Below the pieces are notes generated by a model, which saw only the letters and a program-made list of their open reading frames with translations, searched no databases and had not been told where the DNA came from. Below, one piece after another: positions 1 to 14,052 of a stretch of 35,595 nucleotides of DNA; position 1 is the first letter of the stretch, and each line of letters begins with the position of its first letter. The DNA lies in NCBI GenBank assembly GCA_023231475.1, contig JALJEE010003280.1, positions 1 to 35,595 of the forward strand, read 5' to 3'. Position numbers and translations under genes: made by a program. Source of the stretch: Seison nebaliae. Lineage: Eukaryota.

Positions 1-399
1 ATTTTATAACTAATGTTCGCATGTGACTAGTACCAACGGTGTTGGACCTGCTAAAGTTGCGCAGTTTGCCACAATTGAACAAGATAGAGTTATTGTTCAA
101 ATTAATAACTATACCAATTTACTAATGCAGCATTACAATCCGTTCGACTGCTTTGCAATACATTATAGGACATTGTCCCAACTACTTTTTTTTTCATTTG
201 TAGTTTTTACTTTCCTTAGTGGAAAGTTGCTTTAACATCTTTCTATTATCCTTCAGTTCAGTTTAGTTTCCCATTTGAAAGTGCAGATAAATAATTATTT
301 GCGATTTCAAGTAATTATTGCAATAAGCGACAGGAGAAGTAGAAACTACTACCCCTATAAAGATACATTTTTCATTCTTGAGTTCTTTAGGTAACGGCA

Positions 400-875
400 A
401 ATTTTTACTTATGCACATTTTAGCAGAAGTTTGTACCTCACACACCATTTTTTTTTTGCATGAATTGGAGAAAATTTTTTTCTGCGAACGTACTTTCTAC
501 TTTTTCATTTATTTATGCACTAATTTGTCCAAGTGTCGTCCGCAAAAAATTTTTTTGTAGGAAAATTTTGGATGATGACAAATATGTCCAGAAGTGCAGA
601 AAAATATTCGCTGCGAACGTACTTTCTACTTTTTCTACATATTTATGCATTAATTTGTCCAAGTGTACCCCACACACCATTATTTTTTGCATAAGTGCAG
701 AAAAATTTTTTTGCGAACGTACTTTCTACTTTTTCTGCATATTTATGCACTAATTTGTCCAAGTGTCGTCCGCAATAAATTTTTTTGCAGGGAAATTTTG
801 GATGATGACAAATATGTCCAGAAGTGCAGAAAAATATTCTCTGCGAACGTACTTTCTAATTTTTCTACATATTTT
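400..875. repeat. Tandem (minisatellite-like) array, ~230-bp higher-order unit built from ~100- and ~130-bp related subunits
   Basis: GCGAACGTACTTTCTA recurs at 484, 614, 713 and 844 (spacings 229/230 for alternate copies). The block TAATTTGTCCAAGTGTCGTCCGCAA...GGATGATGACAAATATGTCCAGAAGTGCAGAAAAATATTC occurs twice almost verbatim. Confidence 0.9.
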
Positions 876-1059
876 TATAAAATGGATGTCAATTTAAAAT
901 TTCATGTCAATAACGTCGATATTCTTCTTTTTTTAGTTTTTCGCTAATTTTTTACTAAACAGTACTAAAAATGCTAAAAACTATTAAAATAATACTTTTT
1001 AGTCAAAAATTTTGTTTTTTTTGATTATTCATTGTGAAAACCGATTTATTTTTTTATAG

Positions 1060-1645
1060 GTTCTTCAATCCAACCATCTGTTTCCTCGCAATCATCATCT
1101 TCCTCACCATCATCATCTTCATATGTAATTCCGTATCGATTCTCCTCGCCGGACTATCTTAATATGTCGATATCTAATATAAAGTTAGTTTTCCTATAAT
1201 TATTTTGTGATCTTATCCACTATGTTAGCACTATGTTATATATTTATTTATATTATTATACTTATTAATTTTTCTTCATTAAAAGAACACTGTCAGAAGC
1301 GAATAATAATTCGCCGGTGAAGAGCGACGACGATTTCGATGATATCGACTTGTCAAATATTTTCAGTCAAAAGTTATTTTATTATTCTATGATTTTTTAA
1401 TTTTTTAATTTTTTTTGTTAAAGGGAAATCGTCACAAATCGATCACGTAACAACGATGGAGATTGACGATGATTTCGCTGATATTGACTTAACTAATATA
1501 TTTAGTCAAAAGTGATTTTATTATTATATGTTTTCTTTCTTTTTTTCTTTTTTTTCTTTTTTTTTTAAGTGAAATTCCCGTCGGGATAAATTTTTCTGAT
1601 CGATCTCCTCTACGGTCAGTGGAAGGAGATCTCTACGTACCGTGA
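1060..1645 (+). pseudogene. Spliced gene fragment (Ser-rich exon, two duplicated acidic exons, terminal exon inside the GC-rich repeat); product unknown
   Basis: Exon-like blocks 1060-1183, 1286-1372, 1424-1511 and 1570-1645 are separated by T-rich GT..AG segments (donors GTTAGT, GTTATT, GTGATT). Two exons encode DDDFDDIDLSNIFSQK and DDDFADIDLTNIFSQK. Exon 1424-1511 is 88 nt and breaks the frame; skipping it keeps the frame to TGA at 1643-1645. No start identified. Confidence 0.5.
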
Positions 1646-1790
1646 GACGTATGTCCCATCGTTGTGGCGTTGGGAACGTGCATAAACCACTGTGTTACGC
1701 ACGCCCCAATATGGCTCTATCGAGCTGCAGGGTACATTATTTCGCAAATATGCGTGGAACGTGCGTAGACCACTGCGCTACGCTCGCCCC
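1570..1790 (+). repeat. GC-rich dispersed repeat, copy 1 (probable transposon terminus with several hairpins)
   Basis: Matches the reverse complement of 19132-19352 at roughly 90% or more by eye. Contains an internal duplicated module GGAACGTGC.TA.ACCACT...TACGC.CG.CCCC. Confidence 0.9.
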
Positions 1791-3061
1791 TTGATAAATT
1801 ATGTATTAATTCAATTCGTGAATATTAATTCAATTTCCTTGATAAATTTTTTATAGTTATAAGACATCTTTCTGATTTAAATTTTGAAACACATTAGTTA
1901 AAATGATGAACAAAACAACATATATACAATTTCGTTATATTTTGGGAAAAAGACGGTATTTAATTGAGGATTCCTCAATGATGAATATTATTCATTTGAT
2001 ATTTCTACTTATTTATTGATATGAATTTATAGTTTTAGAAAAGAAGAGATGAATGGATTAGTTTCTTAAATTGGGAGGACTTTGTGATAATTGTTCTCTA
2101 GGGAATGAAGAATATGAAAATAGAAAAAAGATCAATAAATAATTTTTTCATTATGTCAATGTTGTAATTTTATTCCATTGAATGATGATATCGTGATGAT
2201 CATATGCGTAAGAATGATTATTCAATTCACTCAAAATCAACATTTCTCTTCACTTTTCTAATTATTATCCACATTTAGTTGATACCAATTTCTATTCCTC
2301 ATCATTCTTACATAATTATTTCCGATATAGACATATATCGGTTATTGCACATATCCCTGAACCATCATAAACATCAATTCATTCAATAAATTCCTCTCTC
2401 AATATTAGGAAAAGTTCTCATCCAACATAATCATCAAAAGATGCACATAACAGTTTTTCTTCTCTACCTCCTCGTCATGTTCTTGTAAGAAAGTCGATCC
2501 GTCGTGAGAGGAGAGAAATGGTGTTCCTTCCAATCAATAATAAACAAAATGAAATTAAAAATTTCAAAATTCATTCCCCTCTAATGTTGGGAAATGTGAA
2601 GACGAATGAAATATGGTTATTGCTTCTGTTGATGTTGGTGAGAGTATTTTACGCAGAAATTTTTGAGTAGAAATGATATGTTTCAGATGGGAAGCAACTG
2701 CGATCAATTGGTCGATTGATGTCATTATTTATTTGTTTATGCTTACAGTGGCATTGAACCATTACTTATCGTTAAGATTATTTCATCATAAGATTCTTTT
2801 CTACTGAATTATTCTCATTCGAATGCGACTTGATATACGTGTACCGTGCATTCTTTTTTATCCACTTACGAAGTTTTCTTTCATTATCATTCAAATTTGA
2901 ATCAAAACATTCTCCCAATATTAATTACGATGATGATGGTGACGATGGAAGCATAACCATTTCCTACTCACATAATTATGAAATAAAGTCTAATTGAAAT
3001 TTAACAGTTTCCTTCTTTCGTTTACTTTATTTGCATCTTATACGACATCCATCCATATCAT

Positions 3062-3107
3062 AATAAAAATTCATCCTTAACCAGAATAAAAATTCATCCT
3101 TAACCAG
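3062..3107. repeat. Perfect 23-bp tandem duplication
   Basis: AATAAAAATTCATCCTTAACCAG x2. Confidence 0.95.
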
Positions 3108-3789
3108 AATTCCATCATTCTCGAACAATAGTTTCCTTTCTCTAATTCGTGTACTCTCAAACTATTTAAATTCTTATGATTAATTTCAGGAAAGTATCGT
3201 CAATAATTTCAAAACTTCCAATTATCATCATCAGAATCGTCATTCGTATAAGCTGTGAAATTTCGACGAATAATAAATTTCCATTTTTACTTATAGCAAA
3301 TAATTATTTTACTTTCAATGTCTCTCCTTCTAGTAGATAACAGTTAATCATGATTGTTTATCTTTCTTTTAATTTGAAGAAAGTGTTTAGTGAATTTTTA
3401 GTGTTACACGATTTTATTGATTCGCCCCCAACATCATCTTGATGGTGTTATATTAAATTCGTTAGATAATGAAATGAAGATGATAGAAAGAAGATGAATT
3501 TCCACCGAACCAAACAATCCTGTCAACGTTAACACTTACATTTTTAGAATATTTTGCTTGAAGAATTTATTTAAGAATTAATTTCCCCAAACTATTTCCA
3601 CCAGATGCTGATATAGACAAAGTTATGTTATAAAATTAAAGTGAAAAACGAGTTTTGATGAAATGTTTATTTTTTCTTTCGAATTACGTACATTCTTGTT
3701 CACTCTAAAAAATTTGGTATTTTTTAGTCATTTTTCAGAAACAGAAGTCAACGAAGGAAGATGGTAGCATTAGTTTTTGTTTATTTGCT

Positions 3790-4045
3790 ACTCTCAAATC
3801 TTCTTGCGAGTGGAACATCTGCAGATAGTTCATTTTTATGACATTTCCCAAATTTCTCCAAAAATAATTGGAAGGTTGTGATGTTTTTTGCTCGAAAAGG
3901 AAAAAAAGTGGAAAAACCGAATGAAATATTTCTTCCCAGAGTGAAACTGTTGTCCAACGTAAGAGAACTTGTCTTGAAATTAAGGTTGAGAGGTCAAAAC
4001 ATCGAAAAAGTTGATCGACACAAGTTCTCTTATTTTTGATTGTTA
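3790..4045 (+). mobile_element. Decayed non-LTR retrotransposon (LINE) RT C-terminal remnant
   Basis: About 3980-4040 translates LRLRGQNIEKVDRHKF-(frameshift)-IFD, resembling the LINE RT thumb motif LxxxGxxIxxVxxxKFLGxxFD. Frameshifted. Confidence 0.45.
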
Positions 4046-5135
4046 ACTTTCTAATTTGACATGTGTACCGACTACTTATATGAGTGTGTAGGTAACACTG
4101 TTTCTCATACAGGATAGTAAAATGAGACGAAGCGAGATAACTAAAAATTTGAACTTATCATGTAAGAGTTGGATAAGAAGTATTGGGAAATAATAGCTCA
4201 GCCAATAAGAGATGAGTGTTGAGTTTGAGAATTTGAGAGAGAGGTCGTGCGAGAATGGAAATTGAATTTATATTTGAATGAAATTGAACGTCGTTGATTA
4301 GAGGCATGATTTGTTAGATAACACATTGACTTCTCATAGTATTGTTTAGTTGAAGGAGATAGTATTCTTGGAAAGTTATTTAGAGGATTCTACAATTCAC
4401 ATCCACATCAGAAAAGGGGAGGAGGAGGAAGAAGAAGAAAGGAAAGACATAAACTGTTGTGTTTTGGGTGACTAGATAGGAATAGTAGTAGTTTTGAATA
4501 AAGAAGCTATGGTTCTCAAATGTCTTTGATGAAATCTCACCAAAATTTAATTTTTTTCTGTTCCATTTTCATGCTGATTAGCATGATTATTCGAATAATT
4601 CTAAATAATTATCTATAACTGTTGGAAAAAGGAGAAATTGGTATTGGTCGTGGAATTATAAGAATACGATTTCCTCTCCCATTCAATCAACCATTATTTA
4701 TTTCCAATTATTTCTTCCTCTATAAATATTTCATGATTATGAATCATTAAAACCTTCAAATTGATTCGAGAGAGATATACGTAATATTTGTTTATTATTA
4801 GTCTTATGTTCCATTAGTCTTCCTGTTGTTGTTAGTTAGTTAAAAAAAACAGGAATAATAATTATTCTTATTGTTCTTCTTCTATTATTCTTATTTCATT
4901 CTTTTATGTTATTTAATGTTGGAACTATAGAGTACGGCTCTTAAACACCAAGGGAGTGGAAAGGAAATCAACTCCACTATGTCTCTCCAGTCGAAAACAA
5001 AAATTTCCATCATCTTCCTTCATCGAATGTTTATACACAAATTTCCTCTCATACATTCTTATCAGTCTTCATTCTATCATGGCACATGAATTCCTGTTTA
5101 CATTTACTTCTTCTTCTTCTCCCATTCACAATCTT

Positions 5136-5160
5136 ACACACACACACACACACACACACA
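5136..5160. repeat. (AC)n microsatellite
   Basis: About 12 AC units seen directly. Confidence 0.95.
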
Positions 5161-5424
5161 TATGTACCATACATTCACAAATTGTCACATGTAGCCCATC
5201 GGAAGATACGTCCGTAAATTGGTAGGCTGGTTGGAGCTGTATGTAGAACCAAACAGAACCTCAAGATCGAGTTCTTTATTTACGAATTTACTTATACGAC
5301 ATCGTCAGTTAACAACAATAAGAACAACAAAACTATAATATGACCTATACGTTTGAAGTATCGTGTGTGTTATTGTGAAGGAATATAGTCGAATAAGAGA
5401 TGCAGTAAGCTGAACGACATAAAA

Positions 5425-5454
5425 GAAGAAGAAGAAGAAGAAGAAGAAGAAGAA
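5425..5454. repeat. (GAA)10 microsatellite
   Basis: Seen directly. Confidence 0.95.
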
Positions 5455-6827
5455 ACATTTTAGTTGAATGGAAAAATGAAAAGATACTAATGAGTTGTAT
5501 AATGTTCGTACACAATAGACATAAACATTAACTGGGAAAGTTAAATTCATCATCCTTCATATATTTTCGACATGATCTAATGGATAAATTCTCTTTGACA
5601 TTGAAGACTGTAAATGTTGAAAATGTTTACGTCGAATCTCCTTCAATCATATCACCACCTATTTAGAATTAATTGTAATTTAATTATCAAAATAAAAAGT
5701 ATGAATTAGACAAACAAATCTCTATTTATTATTGAAATATGAGAAGCTCGAATACTATAATATCGTCACATAGGCGCATTCAACTACAATAAAAGTAGAA
5801 GGGAGAAGGAAAGTTTGCCCGTGAACAATTTGCGTATATTGTTTGAACAGTTATATAAACATCTCCATCATAATCTTACTGTAAGACAAATAATTTCACT
5901 AGGAACTTCCTATGCACGTAACTGGACTTTCTTTTTGGAGAAAGTTAATTTCTCCCAATATTCTTCTTTTACGCAACCTAACCATATTTTTTCAATTTGG
6001 CCATCAATTTTTTTGAAAATTTTAAATTCTTTTATTATCCAATTCCTTTCAATTCCCTTTAAAGTTCTTCGCTTATTTTTTACCACTTTTAAAACATCCA
6101 TTCTGGGCATTCTATAAACCTCAGTTTCAACTTGAATGATTTTTATGTCCGGGTAGAAACTTGAAGTAGAAACGACTCAATTATTTTCATGAGAAATTAG
6201 TACAACGAATGAGTAATATATGAATAAAGTATGAGCTAATGTAAATGGTTAAATAGTATTGAGATTAACTGTTAATTAGTTACTACATATTACGTATTGT
6301 AATTCATTAACTTTAATTTCATTCATTCTTCTGGCATTTCTAATTTTTTCGACATTTTCCCCAATCACTTAAGAAATTTGAGTATCAAAATAATCATTTG
6401 GTGAATTATTGGAAAATGTATTTATAAAAGTATGGAGTTGCAAATAATAAGAATTTTCTAAAAATTTTCAACTTTCCCTTTCTTTTGAGGATTTGGAATT
6501 GTACGGAACTGCTATGCAACTCATATTTTACTCATATATCATTACTACTGATATCCCATGAAACAAAATTAGTTAAATATTAGTTAAAGCATCTACTAGG
6601 ATTTTTATTAGGTAATAGGTATTAGGTATTATGTCAATTTCCATGGTCGTGATATTAAATTAATATGCATTCGTTAATTGTTTGTGCATATAGCATGTAA
6701 TGTCAAAATGAAGAGAATACCTTTCTCAATAATTCGGTTTCATAGAAATGTCTAAAAAATTTTAGACACATATCGGATGAAGAATAATATTTAGAGAAAA
6801 ATACTAAAAGTCTAAACATAATATTAT

Positions 6828-7298
6828 GAGTCTAGGACATAAGAACCACGGCACAAAAGAGCCACGAGACAAAAGAGCCATGGACAAAAGAGCCACGGAC
6901 AAAGGAGCCAGGCAGACTTCTAAAAATGCGATATTTACTATATTATAGATAGTTCATACAAACGAAAAAGCGAAAAACTTCGATATTTGTTTATCATCTC
7001 CATCTAATGCTGTTTGATGTTTTTTAATTTGGCGGTGAATACACTGCCGAAAATGAAAATAACATCCATGTATAATTACATCTTCGAATGTTTTCCTCGC
7101 TGCATCCATTACAGCCAGCTCGAAATCGACCATCATCGAATTTTATCTTGAAACAGTTTGATTCCAAACTGATAAGACTCGATTCCTCTGTAAATTTGGG
7201 AAAACAAAAATCTAGATTTTGTTTGTCCATAGCTCTTTTGTTCCGTGGCTCTTTTGTACCGTGGCTCTTTTGTCTCGTGGCTCTTATGTCCTTCTCCC
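6828..7298 (-). mobile_element. Non-autonomous Mutator-like element (MULE, Foldback/Phantom-type TIRs) with an internal transposase fragment
   Basis: Inverted termini made of 15-16-bp tandem units: (G)ACAAAAGAGCCACG at about 6834-6910, mirrored by CGTGGCTCTTTTGT at about 7223-7292. The internal minus-strand ORF MVDFELAVMDAARKTFEDVIIHGCYFHFRQCIHRQI carries the MULE D..FE..A / CxxH signature. Flanks AATATTAT and ATTATTAT are a possible 8-bp TSD with 1 mismatch. Confidence 0.85.
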
Positions 7299-10200
7299 AT
7301 TATTATTACAGCTCTCTACTTTTTCACCAATGAACCATAGAAAAAAATCCAAGTAAACTGAAGAATTATTATAGGAGATTGGACAAAATGTGTATTCCGT
7401 TGAATGTATTCAGATTGTTCCACGGATTTCCCCAGGTAAAATTTGTTTTTTACACATTTGGAGGAAAAACTTGAAAATTTAAAAATTGAATTATATATTT
7501 CTGATAATTGGAAGAAATTAAAACAATTTTAAGTTTATGATTTTTTTTTCATTTTTGAAAAATTGCCATTGTATATTAGATAACTATTTCACTTTATATT
7601 TCCTATTGTACTCGTTTATTTCTCATTCTGTTCGTTCATTCAAATACTATTAAAATGTGAAGTAAATTTACCCATTTATCGTTCTTCCGTCCTAGGAATG
7701 AGTTGTCGGATTGGGCAGTTGGTCTAATATAATTTTCAGTTTAATCTCCATCAATTATTTTATATGTCTCAATCATTTAAGGATGATTTTAAATGAAAAG
7801 AAAAAAGTTTCAAACTAAGACATATGTTGGGAGCAGTCTAAACACCAATTGAATTAAGTTGAATTAAGTTATATTGAATTAAATAGAAAACAATTTTTTC
7901 ATTTTTTTTAAACGTTTCAACATCCGTCAAAGAAACATTATGTCAGATACATCTTATCGAATCATCAGATCATATAACTAATTTTTTTCGGATATTATGG
8001 AAAAATGACGAAATTATTATGTACAATATGTTTTTTTTTGTTATAGTCTAATTGAATGCGATTCCGTTTTGAATTTTGAAGAGTATATATAATTTCGGTT
8101 TTTCGACGAAAATGAAAATGTTCATTCGAAATTATTATAATGACGTAATAATAATAATGCTGTGTCGAACGTGTCCAATGGTCGTCTTTACAAACTTCTT
8201 ACACTATTAATATCAACAGTCCCTTATCATTTCAAACATCTCCGAGAAGACAAATTGTGTAACAATTGAAGTTGAATGTTGAACAAAGTCAATTTTTTGG
8301 GGAGTGGGAACATTTGGAACCAAATCGAAGACGTTAAAGACAGCTTAAACTTTTCGTTTATCTTGTTTATAGCAATCAATACAATCTTTCTAGAACATAC
8401 ACATATGTAACAGGCACTTGTATACTTTGCTAGATATTTGACGAAGAAAAAGGAGAATTGTTAAAAAAATATTTTGTAAAGGAATTTTTTCATTAAGTCA
8501 AAATTTTCATGATAAAACAAAAGTACAAACAAAGACGAAAGGAAAAAAGAAAACGAAAGAAAAGTTTTCTCAAATTATTCTAATTCCATTATGAGAGCAA
8601 TTGGCGTATCGAAGATTTATTTGATGGTCATAGGACGAATGTGTAACAGTAATTTTAGAGTTTAATGGAGCCTAAAAGGAATTTTGTGTGAAACGAAAAA
8701 AAACTTACTTTAATTTCCCCATTTTGGTCTGATGCCCATTCTATCGTCTACTAGTTAAATCTACGTATGCTCAAGATTTTTATTATTTCCAACTACTTTT
8801 AGTAATCTGGTTAGTTCCTGGTTATTAGAAGGATATCATAATAATTGTTGTTCTGGTGTTAATTTCCCTTCATGTCAATGTCATTTGTTGGAAACAAATA
8901 AAAATGAATGAACAATAATATCTAATGTGAAAATGTTTTAATTATTTTTTTCTGTTTTTCCTACACTTCCCTCACATACATACGTATATCTCAGTCATTG
9001 TATGATTAGATGAGATATTGATGTATGAAACAGCAAAAGAACTAGAATTATATTCAATTTTCTCTTCTGAAAGGAGAAGGGTGGGGGGAAAGAAACATTT
9101 TCGTGTAAAGCTATTAATAATTAAAATGTTATATTGGGAAAAACAGTTTCTTTTGTATTTAAATGTATACCTATTTCATATGGTTTTCCTTCATCATTCC
9201 ATTTGGAATGCATAAATTTTTGGAATTTAATTAATTCCATAAAGTGGAAGATTGTGCAACTGCCATTCTTTTTTCGACCATAAATGAAAAAAAAGCCAAA
9301 TGGGTTTATCTCCATATTCTCCTCTCGTAGAAAAACAACTCTTCATAACTCTGTTTACCTAGTCCAACTTGCCAATGTTGATAAGTGCGAGGCATCTTTC
9401 TAAATTGAATAAATCTAGTGAGATGTATAATTTTCCTTTTTTCATCTTTCAAATTAGAATTGCCTGCTCCAATCCATGGAGAAGTTGTTGTTGCATAATA
9501 ATATTCGTCTTCTCCTTCAGAACTACTTTAATCATTATTGTTCTCTGCATATTGTTTTTCGGTCCATCTGGCAAATATTTTCAACTTGTCCTTCGCATGT
9601 TGCCATTGGTTAATGGAAAGATGCAATTCTAGTGGCATATTAAGGAAGGTAAATGTTTATTTTTCCTCTCTTATAATCTTATGCTAATCGGGTTTCATTA
9701 ATAATTGGTATTTATTTTTCTAATCTCTTATGTGCATCTCCTTCCACTTATCATTCTACTCATATTGTGGAAGATTGAAATAAGAATTTGTTTTATTAAG
9801 AGTCTCAATAATACTACTTGTCGAGTTGCTACGAGGGTTTACGAAATGAATTGTCTTATTAAAATTGTTTTATGTCTACCGCCTATCACAATTTCCAATA
9901 ATCCATCACGACGTTTCTCGACACAATATCGTGAAATACGTAAAAAATTCATTTCGTTTTTTCTGGAGTGGTAAGATGGGCAAATTCCTAGATGTTTTAT
10001 TGATTCGAAAGCTCCCTGCTACATGGTCGTGTGTTGATGTGTAGTCGAATGGACGTTACACCAGTGTATATGTAAATAAAAGTGAGGGAAAAGGTTTTTG
10101 ATTAAAATTACATGTATTTACGTCTCTTTGCCTTGGTGTACGATGGATGGGCGGAAATTGAACAAATAATAATGATGGAAATATGTATAACCCGGTATGG

Positions 10201-13200
10201 GGTTGTACGTACGTATTTGTTAAGGGGAAGAAGGAGAGAAAAGAATATTGGGGAATTTTAGAAGAAATTTTCATTTTTTTCCTCCTCTCCATATAACTGT
10301 ACATACGAGAAGAGAATGGAAAACAACTATACTTTATATGTTTATATTGTGTCGATTTATGTTGATTACTTGTTGCACATTGTTTATTCGTCAATTGACA
10401 TTGAGCGGTATTGGTCGACCTTGTATGTATTCGCATCATTCCTTTTCATTCACATTTACGAAAAAATATTATATCAATTATCGCAATGATTATTTGCTAT
10501 TCGAATAAGAAATGTGTTAACTTGACTGTGTAAGAATTTGTTTAGATTTTGACGAATTTATACCCCAACATTTTCTTTATATCATCATTCCCCATATTAT
10601 CCTACTACATCCAAATGGATGTCTTCTCACTTTCATTCTTCCCATCATGTCAATATACGTATCCGATTGATCAAATTAATTAACTTACTAACTCTACTCA
10701 TTTCCTCCATCAAAATCATCAAACATTTCTTAATTTCACATCCGTACATTGTATTTATTAACTTAATGATTATATGTATATAATAGTAACATTTTTTTTT
10801 TATGATTTTAATTGGAGATATGCAGAAACTGCATCTTAATAACGAATATCCTATTCAACCCAATCTAATCATCATCACCATCTTCATTAGGTTATTTCTA
10901 TTATTTAATTTTTTGGTATCTTTGTGTTTAGTGATAAGACTGAAATGGGTCTTTTCTCAATTAATTGAAATATTTATCATATAATATCATTAACAATGTT
11001 TCCTTTATTAAAATATTTATGGGAGAGAAATGATGATTGTCAACAAATTCTCTTCGGATAAATAACAATATCATTTTAATTTGATATGATTCCTTTCAGG
11101 CGAAATTTGTCTGTTAGCTCATTCCATTCCTATTAATGTTGAAAGAGGACGAATCTTGTATAGTGATAATCATATTAGAAATGAAGGACTCCCACTAATA
11201 TTCGACATACTTCAGGGAGAAACACCGATAATTTCGTATTTATTCAAATTATTCTATAATCATCAATTATTTCCTTCTTTCTAATCTAATAGCACCATAA
11301 TCATTTACATTATTCAATATCCTATCAAAACATTCTATCTTCTCCCATCCAATGTTCATCGAATAAACAACTGGTAGGCGATGATGATATTAATGAAAAT
11401 CATTTTACCTTTTTCATCATCAAACCATCACTATTCTTTATCACCGACTTGTCTCCCCAGTGCCATCATCATACCAAAATGGAATAGAGGAATCAAAAGA
11501 AATATCATGATGCCGTAGGCTTCGGAAGAAGAAATGTTTGTAAATAAAGTTTCTTCTCCTTTTAATACATTTTCTTTCAAATGTTGTTACTGACAACGTC
11601 GTTCTATTGATTGTCTTGGTTGCTATAGTGTTTCGTCTTTTTTATCAATATCATGTTCTCTTACTTATTCGCTTTTTTTCTCCTTTAAATTCTTTTACAC
11701 AATATCAAAAATGATTTTAACCATAATATGATTGTTACTCAAACTATTTTTATGATTTTATTAAAATCCTTCTTTCAATCATCAATTTTTATCGATTTAA
11801 CATTTTTCAAATTATTTTAATATTTATTTCAGTCATTATTCTTAATGGAAATTACCTGTAATTTAATTCATCGAATGCTACTCATGAAATCTTTTCATCT
11901 TCATTTATTTCTTTCATAAATTCAGTCACTGAAAGGACACTACATATCAAGTAGAATCACGATTAAACCATTTCAACCGATTCGCTGACTCGTAATCGAT
12001 TACCTTTTCTTCACAACACAATTTCAATGAAACTTTCATTTTTTTTCCCCAAAAATTTCATCGAGAAAATTTCCTATTTTTCGAGAAAATCATTTTCTTC
12101 ATATCTCATTCCGGAGAGTAAAGTAGTTTCTCTCTCGATTATTTAGGAAATCATGTCTTCGAAAGAAGGTTTTCCGATTCGATGTTTGATTACACAGCAA
12201 TTTTTTAGGTGATTGGAAGACGAAAAATTCATTCGTTTATTTACCAATTGAAATTTAAATATTTCTTCCAATTCTCTTTCGTTAGACGGAATTTCATTTA
12301 GTTAACATATCGAATTTTTGTTTGATGATTTAATTATTACAGAAAACTATAATTTCCTTTAAGTATTATATCATTCGAATTTTTCTTTAGCTCTTTTCTT
12401 TCAACATTTTTCGTCCAATTGTGCTTCACACCAGAAATGTCACATTTCGTTCTTCATCCTCTTTTAGGTTATTTCATTCAAATGTGATGATTCTTTTTCA
12501 ACTCATAAAGATTGATTTAATTTGTAAGATATTCCTTTTTACTCCATCCCAATCTTATCTCAATCCGATCGATAGATAGCATAAATGATGTTGTATAGAA
12601 GAAATAATATTTGTAATTCGGTTTATTTGATACGAATAACAACATGAAAAAAATCGAATAAAAATGAGGAAAATGATGTGGGAGGCAGGTGAATTAGTGA
12701 AGATAAACATTTTAATTTCATCAATAAATCGATTATTCTTCATAATGAAAAGACTAACATGATAAGATGACCAATTTATTAGTTGAAAAGAATTTTCTTT
12801 TCTGTTCGAATTTTTATTATATGGTTTTTTTTTAAAAATTCATAAATTTCAATTACAGTTCGATCAGACGACGTATGAGCGATTTCTATTCGATAAATTG
12901 TTTTATAAATTGTTCTTATAAAAATTTTTGTTGACAATTCTCTAAAATATGATTGATGATATTATGCATAGAGAAGATTACTAATAATTGAGCTTGATAG
13001 AAAATTCATAATTCTTTTTTGTTCTCCAGACATTTAACTCTCATTCTCAATTCGTTCTTCATTCTTCCATCAATTTTAAAGAGAATTTAAAGAAATAAGA
13101 ATGAGAATTAAAATTTTGAAAAATTCATAAACTCAAAAAATTTAGTTAATGATTGAAAATTTCGAACATTTTTTCATTTTATTCGGAATTGTCATATGTT

Positions 13201-14052
13201 AGCGGCATGAGAAAGAGGGAGCGAATGAAGAGATGTTTTTGTACTTGGATGGAATGCGAGTTATTTGAAATGAAAATGATCATTTCATAATGTAGAAGTC
13301 GTAAAATATTTTCTTATAGCAAATTTTTTAAGGAAATTCTCTTTTGATGACATATAAAAGAGAATCATTGACATTTTGTGCCATTCCATCTCATGATCTT
13401 GAGCGATATAATAGATGTTTTGTATTGAAATGAAATTTTTTATAATCTCTCATATTCATTACTGCATATTTACAGAAGCATTATATTCAGGTCCACATTA
13501 TTTGCCAATTACCAAATTATCATCAAGTACCTTGGACTATTTTGTCCGTCTTAGTACTGAAGAATGGTTGTATGTGTCTTCTATTTGCCATTCGCCCCCA
13601 CGAATTTCACATCTTCCTCCTAAATTAGACCAATCGTCCAATAGGGCAATTATGCGATCAATGTTTAAAGGAAAGTTTGGATAAATTTTCTTCTGAAACT
13701 AAATGGGTTTTTAGAAGAATTTTTCTTAAGAGAAATTTCTGTTCTTAAAATATTTTTTTAGAAGAGTTTCCATTTGTACTCAAAATGAGAAAAGGAACAT
13801 CTGTTGTAGACGTTTTGTTTTCGACGTAAAAAGTGAATGGAGCGTTCTAGGAATAGATTTGAATGGAAAGGGTGAAGGATTTATTGTGGAATAAATCATA
13901 GTGGATGATTTGCTGGTTTCTTGAAAAATTTATAAAAATTTATTTCTTAAAATTCTTGTGGAATAGACTTATATAATTCTTATGATTTTAGAATGATTTA
14001 TAGTTTCAGATTATTTTATTGTTTATATGAATTATAGAAAGAAGATTGATTA

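Noticed and set aside
400..947. ORFs and CRISPR-like periodicity in the tandem array
   Set aside because: The spacers are themselves repeated, there are no cas genes and the context is eukaryotic; the ORFs are by-products of the repeat.
1570..1650. Sm-site-like AATTTTT(T)G between hairpins suggesting an snRNA or SL RNA
   Set aside because: No recognisable U snRNA or leader/donor sequence, and the site differs between the two copies.
5815..6160. Minus-strand ORF remnant, possibly a retroelement ORF1
   Set aside because: Lys-rich with stops and no motif I can identify with confidence.
5095..9358. TGTTTAC forkhead sites (5095, 5624, 9352) as FoxP autoregulation
   Set aside because: About this many are expected by chance in 12 kb of AT-rich DNA.
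9018..13684. Short ORFs of 60-127 aa upstream of FoxP
   Set aside because: Phe/Ile/Leu-rich translations typical of AT-rich non-coding DNA, with no motifs or consistent exon structure.
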